Positions 1 to 12,995 of a DNA stretch of 64,000 nt are shown here, in pieces. The stretch lies in contig NC_043007.1 in assembly GCF_006345805.1 (NCBI RefSeq), forward strand, positions 6,696,001 through 6,760,000. The letters run 5' to 3'. This DNA is from Octopus sinensis. Its lineage: Eukaryota. Both the position numbers and the translations under genes were made by a program. The notes below the pieces were generated by a model. That model was given only the letters and a program-made list of their open reading frames with translations, made no database searches and was not told where the DNA came from. How positions within the stretch are numbered: position 1 is the first letter of the stretch; each line of letters opens with the position of its first letter.

Positions 1-138
1 ATACCGAATACTGCTTGGTCGAATTTATTAATAATTAATTAATTCGACCCCCTTTTTTGATAACAATATAATGCTTTCTCTCCAAGAATTTGAACTGCAG
101 TTTTTACCTCTGTAGAAATGTAATGCTCTATGACTCAC

Positions 139-472
139 GTGGGTGGACAGGGAGAATAATAGATCTCATTCGTATTTTTGGATTCGCTAGTACTGGGTGT
201 CTGACATGGTTTGTCCGATGTTACAGATATCGGACGGGTATGTTTGATTCTTAGTATTTTCAAATCTAAATCAGAAGAAATCTCTGAGCTGATGAAGGAA
301 AAGTGGCGTTTTACCCACAAATCCAGAAACAGACTGTCCTCGGGTATCGTATATGGATGCGATCTTTCATTGTTTTTTCCCTTATACCTATGTGAGTTAT
401 TTTTCTGAGTATGCATTGTCTGGAGACTTTTATTTGCAGTTGAAGAAATAGCCAAATTTTTGGCTGCTATTT
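139..472 (-). CDS. Candidate internal coding exon of an unidentified host gene
   Basis: 334 nt open frame (IAAKNLAISSTANKSLQ...RSHPYTIPEDSLFLDLWVKRHF...YYSPCPP). It is bounded by acceptor CTTTTCAG (AG at 474-473) and donor GTGAGT (138-133). Phase 1 in, phase 2 out. No recognisable domain. Confidence 0.4.
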
Positions 473-520
473 CTGAAAAGTTCGGTGTGTGGTAAAGTGA
501 ATTCTTTTACTTTACCATAT

Positions 521-527
521 TTTTATA

Positions 528-569
<42 letters not shown>

Positions 570-578
570 CAGGCTATC

Positions 579-609
<31 letters not shown>

Positions 610-785
610 CTATTTATCTACATAACTACCTACCTATATATAAGGGTGTGTGTGTAAACATATACACATCTATGCAAATATATATATGTGTTTGTGTGAG
701 TGCGTGTGTGTGTGTGCGGGCCTGCGTCCGTGTGTGTGTGCGTGTGTGTGTGTATGTGTGTGTGTGTTAATGTATGTATGTGCCT
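521..785. repeat. Compound microsatellite (TA)n/(TCTA)n/(TG)n
   Basis: Direct reading. Confidence 0.9.
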
Positions 786-933
786 TTTCTGAAATAAAGT
801 CTCATGATATATTTCAGAGATATCAATACCACATTTTCAGTAACATACCCTCTCTCTTTCCCTTGCACTCTTTCTCTTACACTTCCTTTCAGTGTCTCTC
901 ACCTTTCCCCTCTCCCTCCCTGTTTCTCTTACG

Positions 934-980
<47 letters not shown>

Positions 981-1769
981 TGACTCTCTCTGCTCCATAC
1001 TTCCATACAGTGTTCATATGCAAGCATATATAGTGACGCAATGACATATACATTTGTATGTATACATACACAAACACACACACACACACATATATACACA
1101 TACATATACATACATGTATCTACCTGTCTACATACGCACACATACACACACACATACGTATATACATATGTATATATTTATATACGTACATAAATACACA
1201 CACACACACACATATGTCACATATATAAAACATAGTGTATCTACGATTCATTTCATATCCTGTTCCTACCCAGAACAATTATCTGTTGAAAGTAACTTCA
1301 GAAATTCAATTACGCTAAACAGTACATTGTCAATCAATATTTTGAATTCATAGGAAACTTAAACACTGGTTTTGTAATTAAATAAGACATCATCCACTCA
1401 ACGATGTTGCGCCTAATGAATAATCGATAAACGAGATGCCAAGTGTCACAGATATGAGTAGCTTTGAAATGTGTTGCCTATTTGCACAACATCGGGAGAG
1501 ATTTCTACTTATCTCTTCCTCTCTTAATCTCTCTCTCTCTCTCTCTCATACATAAATATATTACATATCTAAGTATTCCTGCATGTATACACATATATAT
1601 ATATATATATGAACTCATATATGTATGTGTATAGACAGTGATCACAGTTTCTGTAGACATGCACATCCATTTAAAGACATATTTAAGTGTGAATGTGCCT
1701 ATACGTTTGTGTAATCGTACATAATATATATGGTTATCTTGATATCTACTTCCCCTTGTATCTACCTAC

Positions 1770-1885
1770 CTACCTATATACATACATACATACATACATA
1801 CATACATACATACATACATACATACATACATACATACATACATACATACATACATACATACATACATACGTACATACACTCATAC
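1770..1885. repeat. (TACA)n microsatellite
   Basis: Long run of TACA units. Confidence 0.95.
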
Positions 1886-2327
1886 GTATGTCAGGTCGCT
1901 CTGACTGCTATCCAGTACAAAGCAGTTTACGGTAATTTTCTCACTAATGTATCAGCGCGCCCACTGGTGATAGCGAGTGGTGTGTTAAATATATGGAATA
2001 TCATCGTGGCTAAAATAAATGTGTGGAAAGAATGGATGACGTCGTCATCAGGTTGTTTACAGTCTATATAGCAATAATATATGGTCACAGAATTACTAGC
2101 GATAGTGAATGAATTCGCAATAAGTCAGTTTTTGTGAACGAGAGAGTTTTAATCGTTTGTGAATAACTACGTTAGTAGAGCTTATTCTGAAGTATATGTA
2201 TCATTTGTAAAATGTGAGAAAAATATAAAGCATATTGTCAGTATTCGTTGATTTAATCTCTTACATTTGTTTCTGTAATCGGTAATTAAGGAATGATGTC
2301 ATAGTATAAATGCCATTCATAACTGTG

Positions 2328-2428
2328 CAGGCGCAGACGTGGTTGTGTGGTAGCATGTTTACTTCCCGATCACTTGTTTCTGGGTTTATCCCCACAGAGA
2401 GGGACTTTGGGCAAGTGTCTTCTAGAAT
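2328..2428 (+). mobile_element. SINE family A head fragment
   Basis: Degenerate match to the tRNA-like head at 5775 (GCAGACGTGGTTGTGTGGTAG...CTTTGGGCAAGTGTCTTCT). Confidence 0.65.
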
Positions 2429-2561
2429 AGCTTCAAATTTTGTCGAACGACCTGTTTTTCATATCGAATTTTTGGAAAAAAAGTGACGTTGCAAGTAGAA
2501 TTGGCATAGAAACAAACGTAACAAATCTTTACAGATGTACTAAACAATTTCTGTATCTTAC

Positions 2562-2718
2562 TATTTGAAATATAATTTACACTTCGCCGCGCCCAAACAA
2601 TGGTTTTCCAATCAAAAACTCGGACTTTCTGCACTTGAAGCATTTCTGTATTAGGCTGGAATCCGACAGTGCTGATAGCCATGAACTCTGGTTGAATTCT
2701 TCTCCTGAAATACCCAAC
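2562..2718 (-). CDS. Candidate coding exon, phase-compatible with the 472-139 exon
   Basis: 157 nt open frame VGYFRRRIQPEFMAISTVGFQPNTEMLQVQKVRVFDWKTIVWARRSVNYISN. Donor GTAAGA (phase 1) matches the phase of the downstream exon. The acceptor (ATACAG) has a weak pyrimidine tract. Confidence 0.3.
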
Positions 2719-2739
2719 CTGTATACCTTACCAGGACCT

Positions 2740-2743
2740 AAGC

Positions 2744-2839
<96 letters not shown>

Positions 2840-2925
2840 TGTGTGTGTGTGGTGTGTGTATGTGTGTATATGTGTGTGTGTGTGTATACATATATATATG
2901 TATGTGTGTATGTATATATATATTT
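2740..2925. repeat. (TA)n(TG)n microsatellite
   Basis: Direct reading. Confidence 0.95.
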
Positions 2926-3011
2926 ATTGATAGAAATGGCAAGAGAATAAAAGAATGAAAGAGAACTCGATATATGTAAATAGAGGAATTTATCTGTAAA
3001 TATAATTATAT

Positions 3012-3202
3012 GTGACAATTATTCGATAGCCGTGATAGAACTCTGAGTTTCGGACGTCGGGGAGGAAACCCACACCGGCATCTCTTCAGTTATCCGACCA
3101 TCGAAAAAAGCCCGATGGCCTGATAACTGAAGAGATGCAGGCGTGGGTTCCGCCCCGACATCTGAAACTCGATGTTTTATCATGGATACTGAATAATTGT
3201 GA
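3012..3202. mobile_element. Inverted pair of Penelope pseudo-LTR-like units with hammerhead-like cores
   Basis: Imperfect inverted repeat with arms 3012-3103 and 3113-3202. Each arm has GATAA-CTGAAGA...GAAAC...GTT-(T/C)TATC. Confidence 0.6.
3122..3181 (+). ncRNA. Minimal type-I hammerhead-like motif
   Basis: Stem I GATAA/TTATC (5 bp), CTGAAGA 3127-3133, stem II GATG/CATC, GAAAC 3164-3168, near-palindromic stem III, GUU triplet. Confidence 0.5.
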
Positions 3203-3204
3203 CC

Positions 3205-3264
<60 letters not shown>

Positions 3265-3407
3265 TATATATATAATATATATACATATATATATATTATA
3301 TATAATATATATATATATATATTATATATATATATACATACATATATACATATATACATATATATACATATATACATATACATAGTATATATGTATATAT
3401 GTATTTA

Positions 3408-3456
<49 letters not shown>

Positions 3457-3560
3457 AACATAATAAACGTAATCCTTATATATCTTTAATGCCCAAACAA
3501 TTGAATGACAGTACACGCATTCCCAACAAAGCCATAAGATTATACACACACACAGAGATA

Positions 3561-3593
<33 letters not shown>

Positions 3594-4675
3594 GATATTT
3601 AAATTAATAGAAAATAGATATTTACAGTTATCAATTCAAAAATTAAACTTGATTAACATAATACTATAATATAATATATTCATTTAGTAATATAATATCA
3701 TATAATAAACAAGAGCACTCAGAGAGAGCAGAAACAACTGTAAGACTACCTTTATCTTCATAAATATCCTAGACATTTCACACACTCTTGGCTTCGTTGT
3801 TTCATTTTTTAAAACCTAAATATGTGTGTATGTGTATGTCTCTGTGTGTGTGTGTGTGTGTGTGAAATATTTCATTATCAGAGAAACACCCGTTGCAATT
3901 TTAGCATTGCTGCCACGTCCTGTCAAACATTACCTATTCATTAAATAAGTACATAAATATGTAGAGAGATAATAAACTAATGTAACACGCGAATCCAAGA
4001 AACAACTGAACCTCAACGCCTGTTAAAAGTAATAATTATAGAAATGGTTAATCTACAGAAGTGGATTATTTTTTTATCAAGAACATCTTCACTCACCGTA
4101 AAAAAATTAGAAAGGAAATACATTAAACGCAAACATACAAAACATTATCAAACTACATTTCTGTATTAAGTAAATTGCAGATAGCCTTTGGAAAATAGTT
4201 TTCCATTGCTTTCACAAGCTGATTACATCTACATGTTTTTTTCCATACCGATATTCGCAATATAATCGATTAATAATTCTACATAATACAATGTTGTTTG
4301 ATGAGCATGCGCAGTATTATATCGTCTACACTATCAATATTTTTTCAATAACTCAAGAGAATAAAACTAGAAATAAAGGATTTTTTTTCATCCCAAAGGA
4401 AAATTATAAAGTAATGCGAATGCATGCAAGAGTGCATTGTAGCAGCGAAATGCAACACTTTCACACACCGGCAAATAAGGGAACTTTACTCCATTATACG
4501 TCGAAAGCGGCGTATAAAGTAAGACTATAGTAATTTTCTATTGGTAAACATGTTGATTAAGATATCTGAAATATAACGAAGCAAAACGCAAAGAACATTG
4601 TCCGACAAGCAACCTAATTATATTAAATACGGCGATCACACGTTACACAACTTCATTCCAAGCACTGCTGTAAAT

Positions 4676-4735
<60 letters not shown>

Positions 4736-4904
4736 GTATGTATGTATGTATTATATATATATATGTGTGTGTATGTATATACATATATGTGTATGTGTGT
4801 GTATATTTATATATATATATATATGTATATGTATATATATATATGCATATATGTGTGAACATATATTTATGAATGGGCTATCTGGATATAATAATATACC
4901 AGGA

Positions 4905-5520
4905 ATCTTTATCTACCCTGGGAAACTCTTTCCTAATACATAAAAGAAAATTGGAAAATATTCCTAGCCGACTGCTTCATCCTCTGGAATGAAAACACAA
5001 ACTCCTGAAATTCAAAAGACTATTGAACAGCGTCAACCCAAACATTCAGTTTACATTGAAATACAGCCAAAAGGAGCTCCCATTCTTGGATATAGCAATT
5101 AAGAAAATAAACCTAAAAATAGAAATAGACATATCCTACAAAACCACAGACGCCAAACAATATCTATTGTTTAATTCATGCCATCCAAGACACATCAAAA
5201 CAAACGCTCCCTTCACTCTTGCAAGGATATGCACAATAACGTCAGAAAAATACCAGAAATCTTAGACTGCAAGAACTCAAAAACACACTAATTGACAGAC
5301 CCAGTTCAACTTACAGAAGATGGAGCCAGACGTGTAACAGAAATCGACATAGAAACCTTAAGAAAAGTTCATCACAGCAACACATCTTCCCCGAAAATCC
5401 TGCCGTACTTATCCACATACAACTTCAGAAGCCTTCATCATCATCACCCAAAATTTACCAATGCTACATAAGGACCAAAATTAAAGGAAATTTTACACAT
5501 ACATAAAAAATATTAAAAGC
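4905..5520 (+). mobile_element. Penelope-like element fragment (RT C-terminal/thumb region), degenerate
   Basis: LNSVNPNIQFTLKYSQKELPFLDI...TDAKQYLLFNSCHPRHIKTNAPF. The upstream frame KENWKIFLADCFILWNEN is a decayed RFLDD motif. Same family as 56335-57590. Confidence 0.8.
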
Positions 5521-5619
5521 CACACATATTACTACATATCACACATCTATTTTCTTTCCTCCACCTCACTCTCTATTTTATATCACATCTAAACTAACTA
5601 TTAATTAACCATCCTCTCA

Positions 5620-5676
5620 CACCCTCTCCAATGAAGGGATATAATTAATAAATATCCTGGAAACAGCTGTAAGACC
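5620..5676 (+). ncRNA. Degenerate hammerhead-like motif in the 3' region of the Penelope fragment
   Basis: CCAATGA (decayed CTGATGA), stem GGGATAT/ATATCCT, GAAAC, palindromic ACAGCTGT, GUA triplet. Confidence 0.4.
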
Positions 5677-5739
5677 TTCTATCAATAAATATTCTAATAT
5701 CTACACACCCTTGGTTTTTTTATCTTATTACGCAATAAA

Positions 5740-5774
<35 letters not shown>

Positions 5775-5776
<2 letters not shown>

Positions 5777-6185
5777 GGAGTGGCTGTGTGGTAAGTAGCT
5801 TGCTAACCAACCACATGGTTCCGGGTTCAGTCCCACTGCGTGGCATCTTGGGCAAGTGTCTTCTGCTATAGCCCCGGGCCGACCAATGCCTTGTGAGTGG
5901 ATTTGGTAGACGGAAACTGAAAGAAGCCTGTCGTATATATGTATATATATGTATATGTGTGTATGTGTATGTGTTTGTGTGTCTGTGTTTGTACCCCTAG
6001 CATTGCTTGACAACCGATGCAGGTGTGTTTACGTCCCCGTCAATTAGCGGTTCGGCAAAAGAGACCAATAGAATAAGTACTGGGCTTACAAAGAATAAGT
6101 CCCGGGGTCGAGTTGCTCGACTAAAGGCGGTGCTCCAGCATGGCCGCAGTCAAATGACTGAAACATGTAAAAGAGTAAAAGAGAG
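5775..6185 (+). mobile_element. tRNA-derived bipartite SINE family A, full length, with internal (TA)/(TG) microsatellite
   Basis: A-box-like TGGCTGTGTGG, B-box-like GGTTCAGTCCC, (GTAAAAGA)n tail. Near-identical copies at 30011, 31544 and 37727. Confidence 0.9.
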
Positions 6186-6615
6186 TATATATATATATAC
6201 ACATACATACACATACACAAACACACACACACACACACACCACACACACACACACACACATATATATGTACTTGACGGCTGATGCGACTTTGGTGTAGTA
6301 TTGGTTGTCACAGTGTTGTATGACCACCAGTAAACCGAAACAATGAAGTCACGCTCCAACTTTTTCCTGTAAAAATGAAATATATATCCTCGTGAAAATA
6401 TTGCGTAAGTCTTTATTTTGTTACAATGTAGAATTGTTTTGATAACTTTATAGAACATCACACAATGTATTGCAAATACATTACCATGCAAGGAACTGAA
6501 ACAAAATTTGCAGAATTTACGAAATAATCGTATCTATGTAAAGGCTCTCAGCTAAAGACACACACCGCACACACACACACACCCACAAACATACATATAT
6601 ATATATATATATATA

Positions 6616-6650
<35 letters not shown>

Positions 6651-8622
6651 CTCCCAGTGAGATATTTCAACTTTGCCAAGTATTTACCGCTACAAAATTG
6701 ACGTGATATGAATTAAAGAACTCTCTAACAAAAATAACATCATAACCTATCAACTCAATTATTTCTTTATTCAAACCGCGATTTACAGAAGAGAAAATTT
6801 CGGAAGTATTCAAATTTGATGGCATGCAATTTCATCTTAATTTGAAGAGAAATATTGCAATTTTCCATTAGTTTAAGTTCCTAGACTACACGTCACCAAT
6901 GCGAGATATTTTATTACCCTATCGAAACTTACATCTATTAACGTTGCACAAATTTGTTATCATCTAAAATATTATTGAGAAATTTTTTTAGAAAGTTCGG
7001 AATACAATTATGAAAACTCAGAAAACGTATTTTTGAAAAAAAAAGAAGTTTTATTCGACAAAATCTAATTTTTGAGAAAAATATGATTTATTTCCTTGTA
7101 GTTATAACATGCAAACGAAAAAAAAATTGGTGGCCACAGATGCTGTCATATTTTCCTAAAATTCCTGCAAATTTTAAAGTGGTTGTATATACGATTATAA
7201 AATTAGATGGGTGGAGCAGAATAAAGACTTGTACGTATTGAACAGAGACGGTGGGATAGAGAAAGAGAGAGAGGAAGAAGAGAGAAGAGCGAAAGGGGAG
7301 AGAGGAAAGGCATGAAAGAAAAATGGCGAAGAAAACGAATTATCTTCCTTAGCAATCTGCAAGTTTACAACCAACTCAAATCTCAATATTTTTAACTTGT
7401 ATTTCTTCAGTGTTTTCTTTTTCGCTATTAGAGAAATAATCGCAATCTCTAATGTAGTAAAAATAAAATAAAATAAAAACAAAAAAAAATCACCATTTAT
7501 ATTTACAATATAATATCGCCGATAGCTGCAGGGTGCCATTATATTTCTGTGTAATATTTAATGAAGATTTCAAAAAAATATTTGTATCGCTTGCCATTTA
7601 ATCTCTAGGTAATATACACGAACAGAAGAAAAAAACGTGCATGCGACAAGAACAAAAGATATCTTCCGAAAGCAACGAAGTTCATTCAATGATTGAATAT
7701 TCTTTATATTGCCTGGGACTTTTTTTCCATGTCTTTAGTCTACTTTATGAAAAATGACAATCAAGAATTTTAAAACAAAACGAAGAGGAAACCAGATGCA
7801 TTGGAAATACAATTAACTGCTATAGAAATGGATGAAAAGGAAGATGCATCTATTGATTGATATCCAATGAAATTTATCAATAACCCTAGATTTAGTATGT
7901 CTCCATGGGTAATAAGCATATTGTGAAATATTACGTCAAAATGCGTTAAGAAAAACGACTGTGAAATTTCTTTTCTAACGGAAGATTCTCGATGTATGTC
8001 AGAACGGTTATTATTTAAATTGATTGTTTGGTGACTGAATGAATTGCTTTAACACTAATCGAAGTAGTGAAATTAGCAAAGAATTAGGATACTTTTACTA
8101 GTATTTAAATCTTTTATTATTAGATTATGTGACGGAAAAAAACCATTAAAGTCATTGCTACGCTCATTCCGTTTCTTTTCTTTCGATATTATCAGACCGC
8201 TTCCATCTCCCACCGTTCAATTGTCAAGTTTATTCTAGTATTTATACCCTTGGCTTGGCTTCCTCAGCTGTCGAAACCGTGATTTGTTATATTCTACGTA
8301 GATTTAGTTCCGATTCTATATTGGAGACGGTGAAGAATGAGAGACGAAATATTCAAAATTCTATTTGCTTTATAGATATTTTGGGCAATAGAATCGCTCT
8401 TTCATTTATAATATTTATACTTTCAGAAGAATTTTCATGAATCTTTCATGAATTACTTTAGAGAAAATGATATAATACCAAATATGTGCGTGCATGCGTG
8501 CGTGTGTGTGTGTGCGTGTGTATGTGTGTGTGTCTCTGTGTTTGTGTTAAAAATTACTGTGTGAGTAGTTATTCGTCTTTCCCTGCATTTGTCTTATGTA
8601 TACGTACATATACATATAAGCA

Positions 8623-8656
<34 letters not shown>

Positions 8657-8728
8657 CATAAATATATATCTATATATATATACATCACTCTTACACCCTA
8701 TAAGAACATACACACACATGCACATATG

Positions 8729-8772
<44 letters not shown>

Positions 8773-9057
8773 TTTATATATATATATATATATGATTTTA
8801 TATATATATTGACATACACGTGAGAGGTAAAGGCAGCGGAAATTATTCAGTGGAACTAGTGTTGCATTGCGTTGGCAAAAGCAGGTTTTATTCATGAATT
8901 ATAAATTCATTTTGAAGATCATATACGTTCGGAATATATTTATCTGATGTTACACGAAAGTTTATTTTTTGTACATCATCCATCAAAGAATGATATAAAG
9001 AACCACAAGAGTTTGGGCGCAGCTTTTTCAATGAGAAGAGTGAGAGTAGAAAGAAGC

Positions 9058-9088
<31 letters not shown>

Positions 9089-9654
9089 GAGTTAAATGGT
9101 AGAGGCAAATGAAAGATATATTGAAGAAAGCAGAGTGTCACTTGTTAACCGTTAGCTGCTTCCTAACAGTTACAGTCACCTACAATATGCAAGATCATAG
9201 AATTTTTTAAAATTCCACATGTAGACATACATAGCTTCATAATCACAAACACAGGTATACATATATAAATACGTGTGTGCGCATATGCGTTTGCGCACAT
9301 CTCTATTCAATTTCGCCATTGATAACCATGTATGGTCTTTTAAGTAAATGTAGAAAAATATTTAATTATTCATATCGATTTTTTTCCATTGCATCTACTC
9401 TGGATAGAAATTTCCACTGGAGTCAATGGTGGTTCAACACGTTTCTGTTCCCGAAAATATAAAGGGATTGTTATATGTTCGGGCAGAGCAAATATCATTC
9501 GGTTATTTGCTCATAATTAACAGCTTCTCGTTTCTCACCATTTTCGTTGCTCACTACTAGTATACACCAGCAAAAAGTATATGTACAAAATCTGTATACA
9601 CATAGGCACACACACGTACATATATATATATATATATACATACAAAGAAACATG

Positions 9655-9690
<36 letters not shown>

Positions 9691-9696
<6 letters not shown>

Positions 9697-10177
9697 TAAA
9701 TTAGAGATAAAACCACTATTAGGCAAATCAAACAATGAAAAACTTAAGCCAATACATAAAATTAATTAATTTATATTATTTTAAATATATAACAAAATTA
9801 TTAAAAGTTTAATAAAAGATAATGAGTAAAACACTACGATCGTTTCATGGCTGTCCAATTCGAGTTATGGTTACAGTCAATCTTCAGGTGATTGAAATAT
9901 TTATCTTACCTGAAGAACTCGAATTGGACAGCCATGAAACGATCGTAGTGTTTTACTCATTATCTTTTATTAAACTTTTAATAATTTTGATATATATTTA
10001 AAATAATATAAATTAATTAATTTTATGTATTGGCTTAAGTTTTTCATTGTTTGATTTGCCTAATAGTGGTTTTATCTCTAATATAATATAATATAATATT
10101 TTACTATAAAATTGGATTCAATCCTAAATCTGATTTTTCCCTGAAAGTTTGGATTTATTCCCTAATATTTTATTATT
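9691..10177. mobile_element. Near-perfect inverted pair of Penelope pseudo-LTR-like units inserted in (TA)n
   Basis: Arms 9691-9867 and 9916-10090 with only a few mismatches. The right unit continues to 10177. A solo copy lies at 23255-23488. Confidence 0.7.
9832..9890 (-). ncRNA. Minimal type-I hammerhead-like motif
   Basis: CAC-CTGAAGA, stem II TGACTGT/ACAGCCA, GAAAC, palindromic ACGATCGT, GUA triplet, then GTG (stem I 3 bp). Confidence 0.55.
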
Positions 10178-10281
10178 AATTTATATATATAATATATATA
10201 TATATATATATGGAGAGGGAGAGGGAGATAGGTAGATAGAAAGATAGATATGCAAATATATACGTATAAATATAAATACAT

Positions 10282-10406
10282 ATATTTATTGATATTTGGC
10301 ACAAGTAATAGAGTGAATCAAGGTCAGCGAGTTTCGTCCATTGCCAACGCATGAAAATCTCAGACCTTGAGTCACTCCGTTATTTTTGCTAAGCATTAAT
10401 AAAAAT
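10282..10406 (+). other. 125-nt imperfect hairpin (54-bp stem, 17-nt loop)
   Basis: Manual pairing gives 41 Watson-Crick pairs, 5 G:U pairs and 8 mismatches on the + strand. Confidence 0.7.
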
Positions 10407-10453
10407 AGACATATACTCATATCTTGAGTTCTGTTTTTCGTGCTTGCATCTAC

Positions 10454-10512
<59 letters not shown>

Positions 10513-10544
10513 CAGAGAGAGAGAGAGAGAGAGGGAGAGATTGA

Positions 10545-10578
<34 letters not shown>

Positions 10579-10604
10579 TAATATATATATAGATATATAT
10601 ATAT

Positions 10605-10612
10605 ATAGATAT

Positions 10613-10654
<42 letters not shown>

Positions 10655-10693
10655 GATAGATAGATAGATTGATAGATAGATAGATAGATAGAT

Positions 10694-10764
<71 letters not shown>

Positions 10765-10765
10765 T
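10605..10765. repeat. (GATA)n microsatellite
   Basis: Direct reading. Confidence 0.95.
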
Positions 10766-10949
10766 ATTTGAGAGAGCAGGCCATATAAAATTCTATAAAC
10801 CTGTCAAATCTTGTTACTAACTGTTTAAAAGATACACGAAATGAGTGACCATCTGCGTTGGAAACTGCTGGGTGAAATATGTTCAACTAAAACACATTCA
10901 AGGCGGTGCCCAGAATAGCTGCAGCCTAATGACTGAAATGAATGAAATA

Positions 10950-11011
<62 letters not shown>

Positions 11012-11989
11012 CATACATACATATATATATATAAAGGGCAAACGAAATAATTTTACGAACTACTGTTGATAAACGACATCGTAGGCAATATGTAATGCGT
11101 TTGGCATGTGGATGATCACAGAGGTAATCCTAATAAACCTGCTTCTAATCTTCAATGCAAAATGATAAATCTGCTTAAATCTGAGATTAAATTAATTAGC
11201 AAGACATTTCAAAGTATAAGTAAACACAATATCTCCAATATCCTAAAAGTTAAAATCCTGCAGCCATATCTTTCTTTCGACCGGCTTACTTTGATATTAG
11301 ATGACGTGACCATCACTATTTCTACACCCTCTCCACTTCATCGTGAAAATGAATAGATTTTTAGAAGGGACGTTTATTGTCACGTTGTTACCAACGACCA
11401 TGGGAATTATTAGAGCATTGTGTCAATGGATTAATCCATCTTTGCCTTGAATAAAATTTAACCATTAGCAGCAAAATACTTTTGGCGATGAGTTATTATA
11501 CACAGATTTATAATATGTGAGTGATATTTCGTGGTTTAAGTTTTTAATTAATAGACATTCTGTTACGATTAAGGTAAGTTGACATTGCTTGCAAAAGATT
11601 AGAATATAGAAAGCAAGACAAAGCTTAGACAGGAAAAAAATATTAGTTGATAAGCGGAATATAAAACTTTAACGGCGAAGTATAAAAGCGAAATTAATAA
11701 ATGGATACAACATGGTAGAAATAAATTTTTTAAAATAATGTCAGCTGAATTAACGTTGAAATTTTAAGTCTGCTGATATAATCAGCAAGGGCGACACATT
11801 TGTGGGCAAGAAAATACAAAGTAATCAGATAACCACATCCAACAACGACTGCCACCGTGGAATAAGAGCGAGAATGATTTAAAATGTTGTTAGACGTAGC
11901 AGTCATTGGAAGCAGAAGAAACGGAAGTATTAAGGTAAAAGATCAAACTTCCATATGACATGCTGGAGCAAAAAGATTGTATAAGTGTG

Positions 11990-12220
11990 TGTGTGTCTTT
12001 GTGTCAGTGCTTGTACCCCCACGATCGTATGACTACCATTGTCGGTGTATTTACATACACGGAGCTTAGCGGTTCGGCAAAAGAGAACGTTGGAGAAGTA
12101 CAAGGCTTAAAATAGTATAAGTACTGGAGTCAATAAATTTGACAATAAAGCAACATTCTTGAAGGCGGTGCCCCAGCATGGTCTCAGTCTGATGAGTGGA
12201 ACAGGTAAAAGATAAAAGAT
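11990..12220 (+). mobile_element. SINE family A 3' half, degenerate
   Basis: GCGGTTCGGCAAAAGAG...AAGGCGGTGCCCCAGCATGG...GTAAAAGATAAAAG. Confidence 0.7.
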
Positions 12221-12790
12221 ATATCTGCGCGTGCGTGTGTGTGTGTGTGGAGTTGGTATGTATTATTCGAAACTAGATTCTAAGTGAAAAGTCAGGTTTT
12301 TATTTGCTGCGGCATTCTGGAATCGCAACACAGATAATGTCGATGTGATCTTTTCCCGGAATCCAAACCTGCTGAATGGCCATCCAATACCGACAGAATG
12401 TCAACCACTGTATATACACAAATAATAATAACAACAGCAATATCTCTAGGCTCAAAGTTTGAAACAAGACTAGAAATTATGAGGGGGTGAGTTACACGGC
12501 CACCCCCACCTTGGTTTGAGGAATTTTATTTCATCGATTTCTGATAGATAATAGATTAAGATTAACTCTGGATATATTGAAACTCAGAACCTGATGAGTC
12601 GGAAGACGTACTTGCTTAGCGTTTTGTTCGACGCGCTACCAATCCTGAAATCTTACCGAAACATTGTTTTAAATCTTGGCAAAAAGTCAGCAAATTTAAG
12701 GGAGTTGGGAAAGTCGATTACATCCCAGTGGGATTAAAGGTAAAGATGGCTCGGGCGGACTTTCAGTTCTGAACCAGAAGGAAAGAAATA

Positions 12791-12995
12791 CAATGATCCG
12801 TCGCCATATCGCGGTTCACCTATCGCGCACTCAGTCCATCGCGGATTTCTCTGCCTAATATATGTAAATTTATATCGCGAACTCTTCAGTACATCCGGGT
12901 CTCTGCGGCCGATAGGTATTTATATTTTCTTAGATTTTAATTGTTTTTGTAGGATGTTTTGGAATGTAACACTCGCGATAGTCGAAGGATTACTG
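12791..12995. mobile_element. Tigger/pogo-like MITE
   Basis: TIRs CAATGATCCGTCGCCATATCGCG versus CAGTAATCCTTCGACTATCGCG (reverse complement), flanked by TA on both sides. Confidence 0.65.

Noticed and set aside
6930-6960. 31-nt minus-strand mini-exon with GTAAGT donor; also candidates near 6290-6390 and 23910-24040
   Set aside because: They could not be joined into a stop-free, recognisable chain with the left-end exons.
12591-12611. CTGATGA-GTC-GGAA-GAC as a hammerhead
   Set aside because: GAAA is missing after stem II (GTAC instead), there is no stem I, and it lies within a decayed SINE-B-like segment.
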